A stretch of DNA of 64,000 nucleotides from Trichoplax sp. H2 (lineage: Eukaryota), in NCBI GenBank assembly GCA_003344405.1, contig NOWV01000113.1:62001-126000 (forward strand), read 5' to 3'. The notes under the pieces were generated by a model, which saw only the letters and a list, made by a program, of their open reading frames with translations, was not told the origin of the DNA and did no database searches. Every line of letters begins with the position of its first letter. Position 1 is the first letter of the stretch. Shown here piece by piece: positions 41,160-54,283 of the stretch. The translations under genes were made by a program, and so were the position numbers.

Positions 41160-42280
41160 ATTATAAATTCTGGAGCAGTAACAGATGTCGAAGATTTTAA
41201 GTCACTCTCTCAAGATTAACCGCTTATTTGAATCAATTTTAGTCTAAAATTGTAAATTTTGAACGGCGTTAATGAAGATTTTAAATCGCTTACTCAAACA
41301 TTTATTTCTAAAAATTAGAGTGCTTGTAGTAAATATCATATGCGTTGCATATGGTAATGAAATCAGAAATTTAGATATAAAACTAAATTCTGCCATAGTA
41401 AACTGTATCGAAGCTATGCTATTCCCTTTGAAATTTATTTCTAGCTACCAATACAATGCATGCAATATACGCGTAGATATGGCAAAACCTGAAAACGTTT
41501 AACCATAATTTATAAACTTTGGCAAAAATTTGCACGACCAATAAGATTTTATTTGATGTACCGATACTGTATTTGCGGTTCTTGATTCTTATCTGTCTAT
41601 TTTTTTAGCGAACAGTAATGTTAATTAGTCCCTTCTCGTGAACGTATCAGTCTAGATCTAGAGCCTACTTTAGTCAATGGAGCTAGTTGGCGTAATACAT
41701 TAAATAAACTACCTGTACATTAGATAATTCACGTAGTGTCTGTCCTATATAAACTAAACGTGAATAAATAGCTCTCTAAAAAGAATATTCCACGACCTTT
41801 CTTTAATTAGCCTACTTTACATTCACCGTATATAGTGCTTTAGATATAGCAATGCAAGTTTTATCTCTAAAACGAAATTCATCTCCCATTAATTTATAAT
41901 TCATCTGTTTCAAGTTACAATGTTCCGTGCATTCTAATCATTGTATCAAAAAACGTTATGAGTTTCTTATATCATGTAAAATTTGTATCCATCTCCTCTT
42001 TTTCTAAGAACGTAAACCAATATTATATATGTAGGTACATTGCTTATAAAAATAGAAATAGAAAGCAGATATTTTTGTTTTTCTCATTAAGCAAAGAGAA
42101 GATGATACTGGATTCGGTAGTATAATATTAATTAGTGTTATTCATAATACTAACTACGGTACCGGATACGATGTATTCCTTGTTTTACCTACAGCATGAG
42201 TAAATGTTCGCTCATATTCGGGCTACGTAGTACTTATTTATTGCTTATTTTTGCCTTGGAAAATATAAGAGAGGCTTAAA
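41160..42280 (+). repeat. Segmental duplication, copy B, 5' part (homologous to ~32380-33620)
   Basis: Shared blocks CAGT.ACAGAT.TCGAAGAT, AACGTATCAGTCTAG, AATAGCTCTCTAAAA, CATTCACCGTA, AAATATAA.AGAGGCTT. Confidence 0.8.
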
Positions 42281-45200
42281 GAGCACGTCTGTTAGTGAAA
42301 CGACGAGGCATCTTTACTTTATCACTACGTCACTCCTATCTAATTTTAATACGAATAACCGGCTAACAATGAAGAACCAATCCCTAAGTGAATTCAAGCA
42401 TTGCCTGTTATTCTGGTTATTAACAAAGTTGCCGTTAGTCATAAAGCGGCATTCTAGCTGATCTGCGTCATGTAGCTCTTGATTTAGAAAAATAATTCAA
42501 ATGAAAGGTGAAATAAATGGTGCGGATGTAGTCTAAATTTTAAATTTTACTATGATAATTGTGAAACTTCAAGGCTCATGTTGCAGGCAGGCAGCAACCG
42601 AGGTACCTTGCCGTCAACATGACTCGAGGCGGACCACCATCATTTACCACTCTAGTATTTATTCTATAAGCTAAATCTATTGATTCAACTATCAAATACA
42701 TATTATTTATACTTAAGCACATACAATTCTGGTAAGAATTATATAATTTTTGTGTAAAATAAATTAAAGTCTAGTCTACATACACTTAACTACTTATAAA
42801 TCTGATTATACACTTTTACTAACATGACTTAGGGGAAACAGTTTCACTATTTTCTACGACAGAAGACAAGCACCCGCATAATATAGAAAGCGTGACGGAA
42901 AGTCATAAAGTTAGTACATAAATAATTTAAAATGTCTAAAAGTAATAGGATGACTTCAGCGCTAGCTGTAGGGTTTCCAACGTAGATCAAGTTAATAATG
43001 TTATTCAGTTATGAAAGAAAATTCCCATAAGTATTAAGAAATACATACATAGACTATGATGTCTCGCTTAGACAACTTGATGTCCATCTTAAATGCCGAA
43101 TGGGTTCATACCCCACTGAGTTGCTAAACAAACGGTTAAAAAATCGCAATAAAAGAAGGCCTCTCAGATCAGGTGAATTATATTATAGTTGCCAGATTCC
43201 AATTGGAAACAGCTATATATTATGGTGATGTCATTATCATGATCACGTAGCCTAGAAAAATACTTGTCCAATGATTATATAAAGAATATTATTGTCTTAA
43301 AATTGTTACCAGAAGTAGTTCCAACGGACTATACGATTGAAAAGCCGCTTTAACTTGTGAAAAACATTAGTTTTTCTTTAAAAAGGTCGTGTTTTCATCT
43401 ATGTACTCTAATATTAATTATAGATTAAATATATAAGATCTATATCATTTCTAGGCAGTATTCGCAGTTAATTAAATTGCTAACAATTATCAAATTGACG
43501 AGATAGATGATACTGACACTTAAAACTTAAAACCCCTCCATACCTAGTATTCCAAATTGGCCATATGTACACTACAATACTATAAATAAACAGAACATAT
43601 ATTTGGATAAGACAGCGATGGCATTATGCAATAAATCTGTTTTTTTTAATTCTGCGATAATTCTAATCTCAAATGATTCGAAGTAAAACAGTTTATTACG
43701 AGGTTCTCGTTAACAGAAACCAGCTACTGTAGACTATAATCTCAAGTGTGAGAAACAATCTGTAATGCGTTACTTTAACTACTTATATCCTTAGCCTGTT
43801 TACAACCCGAAGATCATAAACAAGAGTTACTTAAGCAGCATCTATTAACTACTAGACTCAGTATAAGTACGAAAATTCTACGATTACTATGGTTTTCTAT
43901 GAAACTTAAACTGTAGTATCCTTTGTACTTTGTAATAACAACATAAATATACTTGCACTTGTTATTACTAACTCTATAATGTTGATAACGGTACTGCAAC
44001 TTACACAATAATATAACATCATCATACATTAGAGTCCAACAGTTTTAGGATTATAAGTATTTCTTCTTTTACTTATTTGAAGCGATGAAATTAATAGTAA
44101 AACCTGATATATAACAAAAATTACTTACATTGCGAATTTTCTAAATATTGATGGTAAAACATTTAGAGGTACACAGCATATAACGAAGATAGTCTGACCC
44201 CTCACAATGCAAGTAATTACGAAATGATCTATGTGTACAATATACAGTAATGATTTCCTGAGCCTTTATACATTTCAGAAGGCGATGGATATCGCTGATG
44301 TTATGTACGTAGATTTAGAAATGTTGTAGCTACCAATTTTAAGCAAGTCATTTCAGATGATAGGTACCATATTAATTGTTCCTGCACCATTTTTCTTTGC
44401 AATATGCCCAATCCCAACTAAAGCAATCTGACTAAAAATCTTAACAGAATCCAATTACATGCTTACGGATAGGGATTCTACCTGGGTCAACATTTTAGAT
44501 GTTGGATCTTAACATCATAGTAAATATCATATCGCCCAATAACAAGTCGAGACTGGAACACTTAAAGAATTGAGTTCTTCTTATTCTAATTCTATTTCAA
44601 TTGAAAACGGCGGGAATAGTTCTTACTGCTGCTTTTACAAATAAACAGAATCACCACTGCAAGTGGCTACCGGTACTATCACTATGTAGATGTTTACAAC
44701 TAGGTAATTGTAGCTTAATCTATAACATTGATTGCGATATTAAATCATTCTTATTATTAATGATACTGATGGGTTATTCAAAATCAAACAGGATTACTTA
44801 CGCCAAGAAAGTAATCAAAAGATAATAATGCTCCTATATTAATCTATTTCATAAATAAAGGCAGCTGAAACCAAAGTCATCGAAACGAAATATCTCGAAA
44901 GAATCCAATTCGTAATCTAGCTGATTAGAATATATCCATGTTGTTATTCCTAATATTGTATCTTAAATATGTTCCATAGCTATCATTAATCTCAGCAAGT
45001 ATCTGTCTCATATTTTGCACAAACCCTTGTTTTGCAGTCTTTCATGCGTGGCTTATAACACTTTTAGTAGTGACTAAGATGCGGCTTTATAAATTGGTTA
45101 CAAATTAAAAAGAAAGAATTGATATATTCGTATTCAATGCTATCTGCATTTTTCACATACTCTCTAAAAATCCTTATACTGCAGTTCATCGTGCGTATCC

Positions 45201-46169
45201 CATAAAACTTCTAATAGCGATCAAAGTGCGTCCTTACGAATTGGTCATAAATTAAAAGGGAAAAATTGATGCGTTCTACTCACGTCTTTCTCATACTCTC
45301 TATCAACCCTTATACTGTAGTATATCATTTATTTCCTATAATACTTGTAGCAGTGATTAAACTGCATTTTTACAAATTCGTCATAAATTATAAAAAAAGA
45401 ATTGATGTATTCTTGTTCAATTCTATGCTAATTAAAACAGTAGATAGGGTCAATACTCTGTTAGCTTTTGTTACTATACCGGTACTACGCAAATACGTTA
45501 AAATAGATCTACAATATAATGATTTTAGACAACGTCTAAAGTCTATCTGATGTTGGTGAACGAGTATAACAATCTAAATTGAATGACTTAGTTCATGAAC
45601 CTAACAAATACTTTATAAAAATATGATGTGACGACAACGACGAAATTGAATGCTGATCAACACTATCAATTTAGAATAGATGTAATGTCCAGTAGTATCG
45701 AGAGCAATTTGGTCGAGATAGTTTTTTAGTGCGTTATTACTCTATTTCTACTCACTGGATTATTTTTTTCTGCTGTGTTTAACTGTTCAATTATATAAAA
45801 AATTAATGTTTTAATAAAGGAAAATTTTTTTAAGTCTTTATTAATGTAACAAAGGTGATTAGTTCAATAGTAACATCCACTGTATGAGCTATTTAGATTT
45901 ACAACACGCAGTAATTCTAGGCTGCTACAATAGTAACAGCTTGTAAATTGAATCACTAAAAGCAAGTTGAAAGTAATAACCTGTTTCAGCTGCTGAGGAC
46001 GCTCTATTAGTTAAGTTAACTCTTTTAGCTACAAAAGTACTATACTCTGTGAATCATGTGTAAGACAAATTTCTATTTTGTTTGTATCCTTTGTTTATCA
46101 TGTGATAGAAAAGACTATTGATGCAGAAAGCCACTCAATTAGATACTCACTATACTGCTTAGAAGTTTT

Positions 46170-47192
46170 GATGCCAGTATGTAGCAACAAGCAATTATCG
46201 ATTTGACTAGCCTGATTCGGCTACTGTGGAAGACGGTATAAGCTGAGTTATCATAATTGCTATGAAATCAGTCTGAATTACACGTACGCGTATTAATGTT
46301 TTCAATAGGTCAGATCTCTATTTGACATTTCTCATTAGTCCGCGATAGCATAGACTTCTTAATATATTAAGACGCCAGTCATTGATTTAAAAACAAACTA
46401 CTTGGTAAGATTACCTACGTGCTACTCTCTCCAAATTATTCAAGCATAAGTCTTGATCGATCAAGTTCTAACACTTTATGCTTTTAAAATGACATCGGGT
46501 TAATAATTTAATGCTCTATTATTCATGGCTCTAAATTACACTTTGCCACGTCAGTAGAATCAAAAAATATTAACCATTAATAAGGAAAATGAATGCTCTG
46601 TTTATGGTATAATAATTTCGGCATACGTGCACCACGTAGGCTAACAAGTGTAGTGAAAATGTTACTAAAATTGACAAAAGTGCAACATATTAATAGATTT
46701 TTTTATTTTTAGAATATCATATTGTCATTATTTTAGTTTATTTTATTAGCTTTTAGACATGTTAGTAAATTCTTTATAGACTAATAAACACCAGACTGAG
46801 TTAGGGTTTATTATAATTCGATACTATTTTTACCTCTATTCAAATTCTGTGCCTAATTTAATGTCAATAAAATACTTCTAAATTTAACCAATTACAAACT
46901 ACGCGTATACAAGAGGAGGCCGTAGCCTTAGCTATTATCGCTTGAATGATCTACATTTAACACTACGGTAACAGGAAAGTTTCGAAATATTAATTTTTTT
47001 ATTGTCTATCATAAGTACTTACCTTTAGCAGATAGAACAGTCACTTTTAGAAGATCAAAATCTTTAATTAATGTAGTAAAATCGATAGAAATTGACCTAA
47101 AAATGAATAATTTTGCAAGCCAGATGTGGCACACATGTTTTGAAAACGTATCCGAAATTCATGACTAAATTATTAATCACTTTTAGAATAAT
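46170..47192 (+). repeat. Segmental duplication, copy B, 3' part (homologous to ~33650-34608)
   Basis: Shared blocks GATTCGGCTACTG, TTAGTCCGC.ATAG, GCTTTTAAAATGA, CTATTTTTACCTCTATT, AATTATTAATCACTTTTAGAATAAT. Confidence 0.85.
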
Positions 47193-47735
47193 AAAGATAT
47201 TGACTTAAGAAAACAATGATCACAATTATAAAGGAAGGATATCCCTTTCTTTCTTTATTGAATACACGTATGTAGTATGGTATAAGCTAGTGGAAATAAA
47301 TTACCCTGTTTAGAGACTTTCATTCTATCTGACTTCCATCAACTTTTCATTCTTTCAAAGCTATATCGTAAGGGACAGTTCTTTCAATATTACTTTACTA
47401 GCAAGGTAATACTAAAAAATTTTTAGAGTATTGTGGAAAATCCGTATAATAGTGAATCATTTTTTATTTCGACATAGACTTAAATACCGATTATCTTCAC
47501 CTTATCTATTGATCTGTAAAATATCGATACTAAACAAAGAATATTTTATAAAAGAGCTGTAACTTAATACTTTTGTAGTTACAGTCAGTTGATTTATCAA
47601 CTATATACGTAAAAGAAAATCGATGTCAGTTTATGATTTATCAGATAGTGATATAGTCTGGCTGCCATTACTAATACGTACTTATAAGAATTCTATTTAA
47701 GCACTACTACATTCAATATCAATTACACTACCTGG

Positions 47736-50700
47736 ATGGCACCATCTAATCCAGGTATTTTTACAATTTCAAAATAAATTCAGTATTTGTCAAATTTGTC
47801 ACTACTTTATCTTTTAATATTTTGAAAACGCTTCGATAGAAAAAATGACATCCAGTACTCCAATTCAAGAAAATAGTAAAGCTAAATGTAGTAATCAACT
47901 GAATCTAAAACATCTTAATCATTTGGATGGATGGATGCGGAAAGTCATGGAGTTCCTATATCATCCAATTGATCCTTCGTCTCTCGGTATAACGCGTATT
48001 CTCTATGGTAAGAAATAGATTCATCCAAAACCATTGCAATAACTTGAATCTATTACCGGCATTTAACGTGGAATTGAACGATTTTAATTCGTAAATATGA
48101 ATTCACAATCCAATACCTGGCTAAGGAGATAATTTGTTATTAGTACAACAGTAAGAGGTGATTGTCCAATAATTGAGAGAAGTTTGAAACTTAAATTCGG
48201 ACAATTAGAATATAATTTTTAAGTTTTAAATCTCTTACTAAAACATTAGCGTCATGGGTAAAGTATTTACAGTAATTATAAATGATTATTTATAAACTCA
48301 CTTAGCTAGATTACAGTTGATGCAATTTCTAATCTTTGATGAATTGATAGGGGATACTTTAGCTACAGCATTATTACGGGTAGCTGCAATGCTATAATAC
48401 AACTTTTGTAGCCTTTTAATCTGTTGCTAATGGATTGTCATCGACAATTAGGATTTTTAATGATTGTTGATACAACTCAAGAACGAGGAATGGAAAAGAT
48501 TCCTTACAAATACAAAGATCCAGAAGCTTGTTTTTTCCCACTATTTAATATACTAACACCGTTATCTGCCGATTGGATGCATGTAGTCTACTTATCGATG
48601 ATTATTGCAGCATTCTGTATTTGCATTGGTTTTTGTTATCGTTTCGTTACCATTTGGCTAGCAGTTTGCTATTGGTATGTTTTCCTCTTAGACAAGACAA
48701 CATGGAATAATCATTCTTACTTGTTTGGCCTGTTTGCGTTATTCTTTTCTTTTACCAAAGCAAATCGATGGTGGTAAGTATTAACAATTTCTTCTAATAC
48801 TATAATATTACATGGCTCATTTCATTACATTCCATGCCAGTAATTAGCATCATATTCACTTTAAAATTACTTCATTTCAATAATCAAGTCGGCCTTTGAG
48901 TGACTATAATTTCAGTAAATTTGTAAATCTTACCTCTATTAGTGCGAGAGGATATCTACTCTACCTATAGCTATAAAAGAATTGTAAACATCTTATAGTA
49001 GTCCTTTCAAATTTTCCGATGAATAATAATCATAATACTTCCGAGTGTACCTTTTCGTAAGATTAACTCAGTTAATTTCATAAAAATAATAATTAATCAA
49101 TATATTTTACCGGAAAAATAGCATCAGCCTCATAATTTTAGTAGTTTTTGTAATTTCAAATAGAGATAACTTAATCTTTTAAAGCACACAGTAATCTCAT
49201 CTAAATTTGAAGTTTAATTCATAGTACTAACAACAGCATCTAATAATAGAGCAGAAAGATTATAAAGCTCTAAGTAAATAATTGTAGTCAGGTATTGCCT
49301 CATTTAGCTACGTAATATAAATTCTTGAATTTGTCTGATACTTTAATTTATAACGAATCAACAGAATAGCTGGCTAAATTGATCCCTTAAAACTTTATGA
49401 TTACAAATATGTGAAAATTTTAAGGAAAATTAACCTGTCATAGTCTGATTTTATTTCCTTTCTACCTTACTAAATGATTCCTTTTACTATATTAAAATCA
49501 TATATAAAAAATATTTTAGCTCTGTGGATGGAAAATTAGACCAGTCAATTCGAAATACCCACATTCCTCGATGGCATCTAGCTTTATTTCAATTTCAGGT
49601 ACAATTTCTAGGTTATTTAATTGCATTATGAGATGTCATAATATAAGTTGAGAAGGTCTTAATCCTTACAATAGCTACTGTTAGAGAATAGTCAAATGTA
49701 ATTATTACAACTTTCAATTTGAAATATCATAAAATCACTATAAATTTGCTGATAAAGTAAATAATAAATTTATGGGTGCTAAAGATTTTGAGATCCCTTA
49801 GTTTCGAATTTACTCTCTTTATTGAAAGATCTTTCTAGTCTACTTTTATGCTGGAATAAAAAAATTAGATCCAGACTGGATAACTGGTAATTCAATGGTA
49901 TCCTTAGAAGCACATTGGGTATTTTCCTTATTTCACTATGTTCTAACTCCGGAGCAAGTTAACTTGTATATTGTTCATTATGGGGGATTTGCTTTCGACT
50001 TAATGGAAGGATTCCTATTATTTTTTGACATCACACGGCCAATTGGGCTACTGTTGGGATTTTATTTTCACTTTTCCAATGCTTGTATGTTTACTATTGG
50101 TATCTTTCCATATGCTATGTTAGCAACATTACCGATATTCTGTAGACCGGACTGGCCTAAAAGATTACTTGTAAAAACCCCACAACGTTGGCAACGCCAT
50201 TTCATTATTGATGCACCTAAAAATTATTCCTCATCAGATTGTTATTATTATGCTGATGAACGAAATAGCTCTGATCAGTGCACGAAAAATAAACCTAGTA
50301 AGCAAAGTACCGAAATCAAAGATAGTAATCAAGGCATTGCAGTAAACTCTGCAAAATTAGGAATTCGGCGCTTTACAAAGAAAAATAAATTTACGTTATT
50401 TGCTTTGAGCTGTTATATCGCTATTCAGCTCTTTTTGCCATTCTCACATAACGTTACCAAGGTTTGTTTTTGTCTTTACTTAATCACAAAATTTTTAAAT
50501 ATAGTTATCGAAATTAGGTGAAACACTTATCGCGTTAATAGTCCATATTTTAGTAGTTAAGTACTGTTTTTCAAAAGACTATTCCACGTTCGACATTGAT
50601 CTATTTGTTTAAAATTATTTTCCATTAAACCTTAGGGATATACTGGCTGGGACGATCATGGTCTATATGGATACTCTTGGGACATGATGGTTCATACTTG

Positions 50701-51735
50701 GGCAACACAGCATGTTAAAATAACAGTCGTCGATCTTTCAAATGGCCGGCAATTTCATCTCAAGCCTTCTGTATGTTATAAATATGCGTTGGTTGTTAGA
50801 TAATTATAGTGATACATTTATAGCTTTATACTGTCTATGAAAGTGCTTACATACGGTAACCATGTCGTATTAACATGGTGTAGAGATTGTTTTCAATTTT
50901 ATAGATAAATAAGAATTTTAACGTTTACTATTACATAACGATAATGTAGAGTTTCCTTGTTGGGTCGGCGAAATTCAGCGATCGTTGGAATTCTCATCCT
51001 GACATGATTAAGCAATATGCTACTTGCATCGGCCGCCGTGTGAAGAAGTTAGGTGTTAAACAACCCGCAGTTTATTTCGATATTTGGAAATCGATGAACC
51101 GTCGATTTAAACAACGAACAGTTGATCCATCTGTTGATGTGCTTGCAGCTCCATGGTCACCGTTTACCAAGACGCCATGGATGATGCCATTACTCAAAGA
51201 CTTTACGTGGTGGAGATCGAAAATGGTTGAACTGGATGAGAAATTATTGAATGATAGTATTACCTTGTCAACGAATTATGTAGCTGATTTCCCGGGCTTT
51301 ACACTGGAAAATTTTATACCGGAAGTTTATCGAGTGAATTTAACAGTATTACAAGGTACAGTACGCATTAGTGTTGGACAGAAAGGCCACAACATCGACG
51401 CTAATCAAACAGCAATTTTGCCAAATAATAGAACTCACGAAGTTCGCGTAGTATCCAAAGAACCGGCCAGCTATTACTATCTTTTCAGTAATATTACAAT
51501 GGAAAAGATGATTGATCAAGAATTAAATAAGATTAACAGTACTGAAGAAACTGCCAAGAATGGTACTACTACATACTTAAAATCTATAAAAAAGAAATTA
51601 ACTCCAATTTATCGCTTCATCTATCTCAAAGGACTTCTCTACTACCATATTGGCAACAATACAATCAACGCTTTAAGCAACATACTAAGAAATTGCAATT
51701 GCGATCAGAATTTGTTGCCGACTAATAAACCTTAG
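47736..51735 (+). CDS. GGCX: Vitamin K-dependent gamma-glutamyl carboxylase, paralog 2. Exons 47736-47754, 47840-48007, 48452-48773, 49520-49598, 49829-50461, 50636-50770, 50950-51735
   Basis: Same seven-exon layout as paralog 1. Motifs WNNHSYL, YFYAGIKKLDPDW, GLYGYSWDMMVH, MIKQYATC, ADFPGFTLENF. Confidence 0.93.
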
Positions 51736-54283
51736 CCGATGGCGCTATTTTATCCGTAATTACAGCATAATATGATAGGTTTGGCCTTGACGTAGAGTAA
51801 ATCATCCTCCAATTTTCACCGATAGCTGGGTAACGGATACATGTTTAATGATCTTAATACAGCTTTTTGATAAAGTTTTCCAGCCTATTACAGAAATTAC
51901 TTAAAAGTGAGGAGATCATGAATTATTACGTTAATATTGCGATGTTTACTCTTTGAGGCAAAATATCAACAGTTATTGATCTTGATTAAATTTGGAATAA
52001 GCGTATGAAAGTAGTTTTTGATTTTAGTAAAAGCAATAAAACTGTGGCAATTTAAAATAATTGTAGATTACTTTTCTTGTTATCCTCAATTAAAATAAAA
52101 ATCAACGTCAAAGTCGACTCTTCCAGCGTGATTTAAGGCTTCATGAATGATTCTAATGTGGTATAAGGTTATTCTAATAATAATGACTCTTCGAAAATCT
52201 CACATTTATTTCGATGAAGTTGTAGTTTTAGAACACCGACAATAAGCACGATAATTGATATTTAAAGACTATCGAGAAACATTGTTTCTGTGCATTAATC
52301 TATTGGTAAAGAGTCGCGTAGATTCAAAAAAGTAACGGTTTAACAAAGTTTTGTGAATCAAATTAATTAAGATCAGCGAGTTTGAAGTGTTAATCTTTTA
52401 GTGGATCATTGTAGAGAAGCCTATCGAAAAAGAATTTTATCTGATCTTTAAACCAACTGAGAAGAACTGGTGGAATAGATATAAAATTAATAAGGAACCA
52501 AAATATGTGACAGTCTCCAACCTCTGCATACGATAGTAGACAGTGAGTAAACATCTCAAGCTATAGTATATCAGAAAACGATATTTTTGTGTGTGTTTTC
52601 GTGTTCCGTATTGGCTACCTTTAATAACAGTTTCAAGTCCCAATTTATTTGCCATACGGCATTTCATTATTTTAACTCGTTATTAGCCATTCAAGAACTT
52701 TTTGTTAATATGATCGTAGTTCAGTTAAAAAAAAACACTAGCTTTCATAATGATAAAGTTTTTCTCTTGGGACTTGCTATAGTCAAGATAAAGTCGTAAT
52801 GCAAATTATGCATAACAATAAAATTATTTTATATAAAGTCTTATATGCGACAATATATTGTCTTCTAGTGCTACTTTATCCTTTCCAAATTCAATCATTT
52901 TACAATAATACTGTATTAAAATAACCCTGAAGCCTAAAAAGTCACTTCTATCCTCATAAGCGACTATTGTTAAAGTAGATGTGCAACACAGATTCATCCA
53001 TCTTAAATTTACCGCCGTCTCAATGATGGATGCACAGTACTGTAGTGATTATAGTAAGGACCAAAGACGTCTTACCATACCCGTATATCGTATCTACTAT
53101 CTAGTGGCCCATGACTATATACATATATTCAAAGATGGCTATAACAGCGTTAATGAATTATTCATTACACATTTGTACTTGATTACGGAGTCTACTATTA
53201 ACTAGAAGAAAGTAAGCCTAGGCATGACTACTAATAGGTTTTCTTTTGGTATCATGGCCTAGATCAGCAGCAGTACTATATACTGCAATACAAATTTATC
53301 AGTCAGAAATTGAATGTACTCTCAGTACCTTAAATTAAAGGAAAGAAACTTTTTAAATTGAACGGATGTTGCCCTGGGCTTCGTAGTCCGCTAATAACCT
53401 TCGAAAGGGCAGTGTATGCTATCTGAAGTAGTCGGTAAATTGCGCTAGCAATGGCAGTGATACACAGCTCCATGCGCGCTACCATCACATGAATGGACCC
53501 ACACGAAAATCGACCTATATTGTCTCAATTACACCATATTCAAGTATGATAATCATCGTAAGGTAAGATTATTTTTAAGTTAGACGATGCAGTCCACCAA
53601 TGGCCTTAAGAAAATAATCTATATCTACGTAGTTAACCATACATTTCGACTATAATGCAAATAAATTTCCGCACAATTCATTGTTACTTCAATTAACACC
53701 GTTGCAAAGTAAGTGAATGTAATTCTGAGATTACTCATCTTTTATTAGAATGCATAATCCATTAGTAAAGTAACTTTCAATCTATAGAATGGAATAAGCT
53801 TAAGAAAATATGTATAAGATAAAATGCATGATTATTAACACTTTGACTTATGGGAATACTGTGAATAATACCTGTATTAACTTTCAACAGGCTTATTGTG
53901 AAGTATTAAAAAAACATATCACTGCGATTAGTAGGCACCAAATTCCCTGGAGATGTACCAAGTATAGTCATTCGTGCTTTACATTCAAGTTAATTAGCTA
54001 AATGGGCTTCCGAATTTTAATGAAGTCCCATATGGTAACCGTTCACAGCATGTTTTGTAGCATTAGACAAATGTTATGACAAACTATTGTTTGTGAAAAA
54101 AAAGTACTTTTTCTCAATCTGGCCTTAGCAGAATCATTTAGCGTTAGAGATTTTGACTTGTTATTTTTTGAGGGTCGCTATAGCTTATACTTTTAGAAAA
54201 TTTATAAGATTGATTTGATATAAGAATTTTGTAGTGCTGCTTTAGTGCCTACCGAAAACGGTTCCTATCGTCAATTTTCAACG

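Noticed and set aside
53365-53520. GC-richer island with small hairpins upstream of the repeat gene
   Set aside because: No recognisable protein or RNA motif and no second copy to test. It may be regulatory but this is unsupported.
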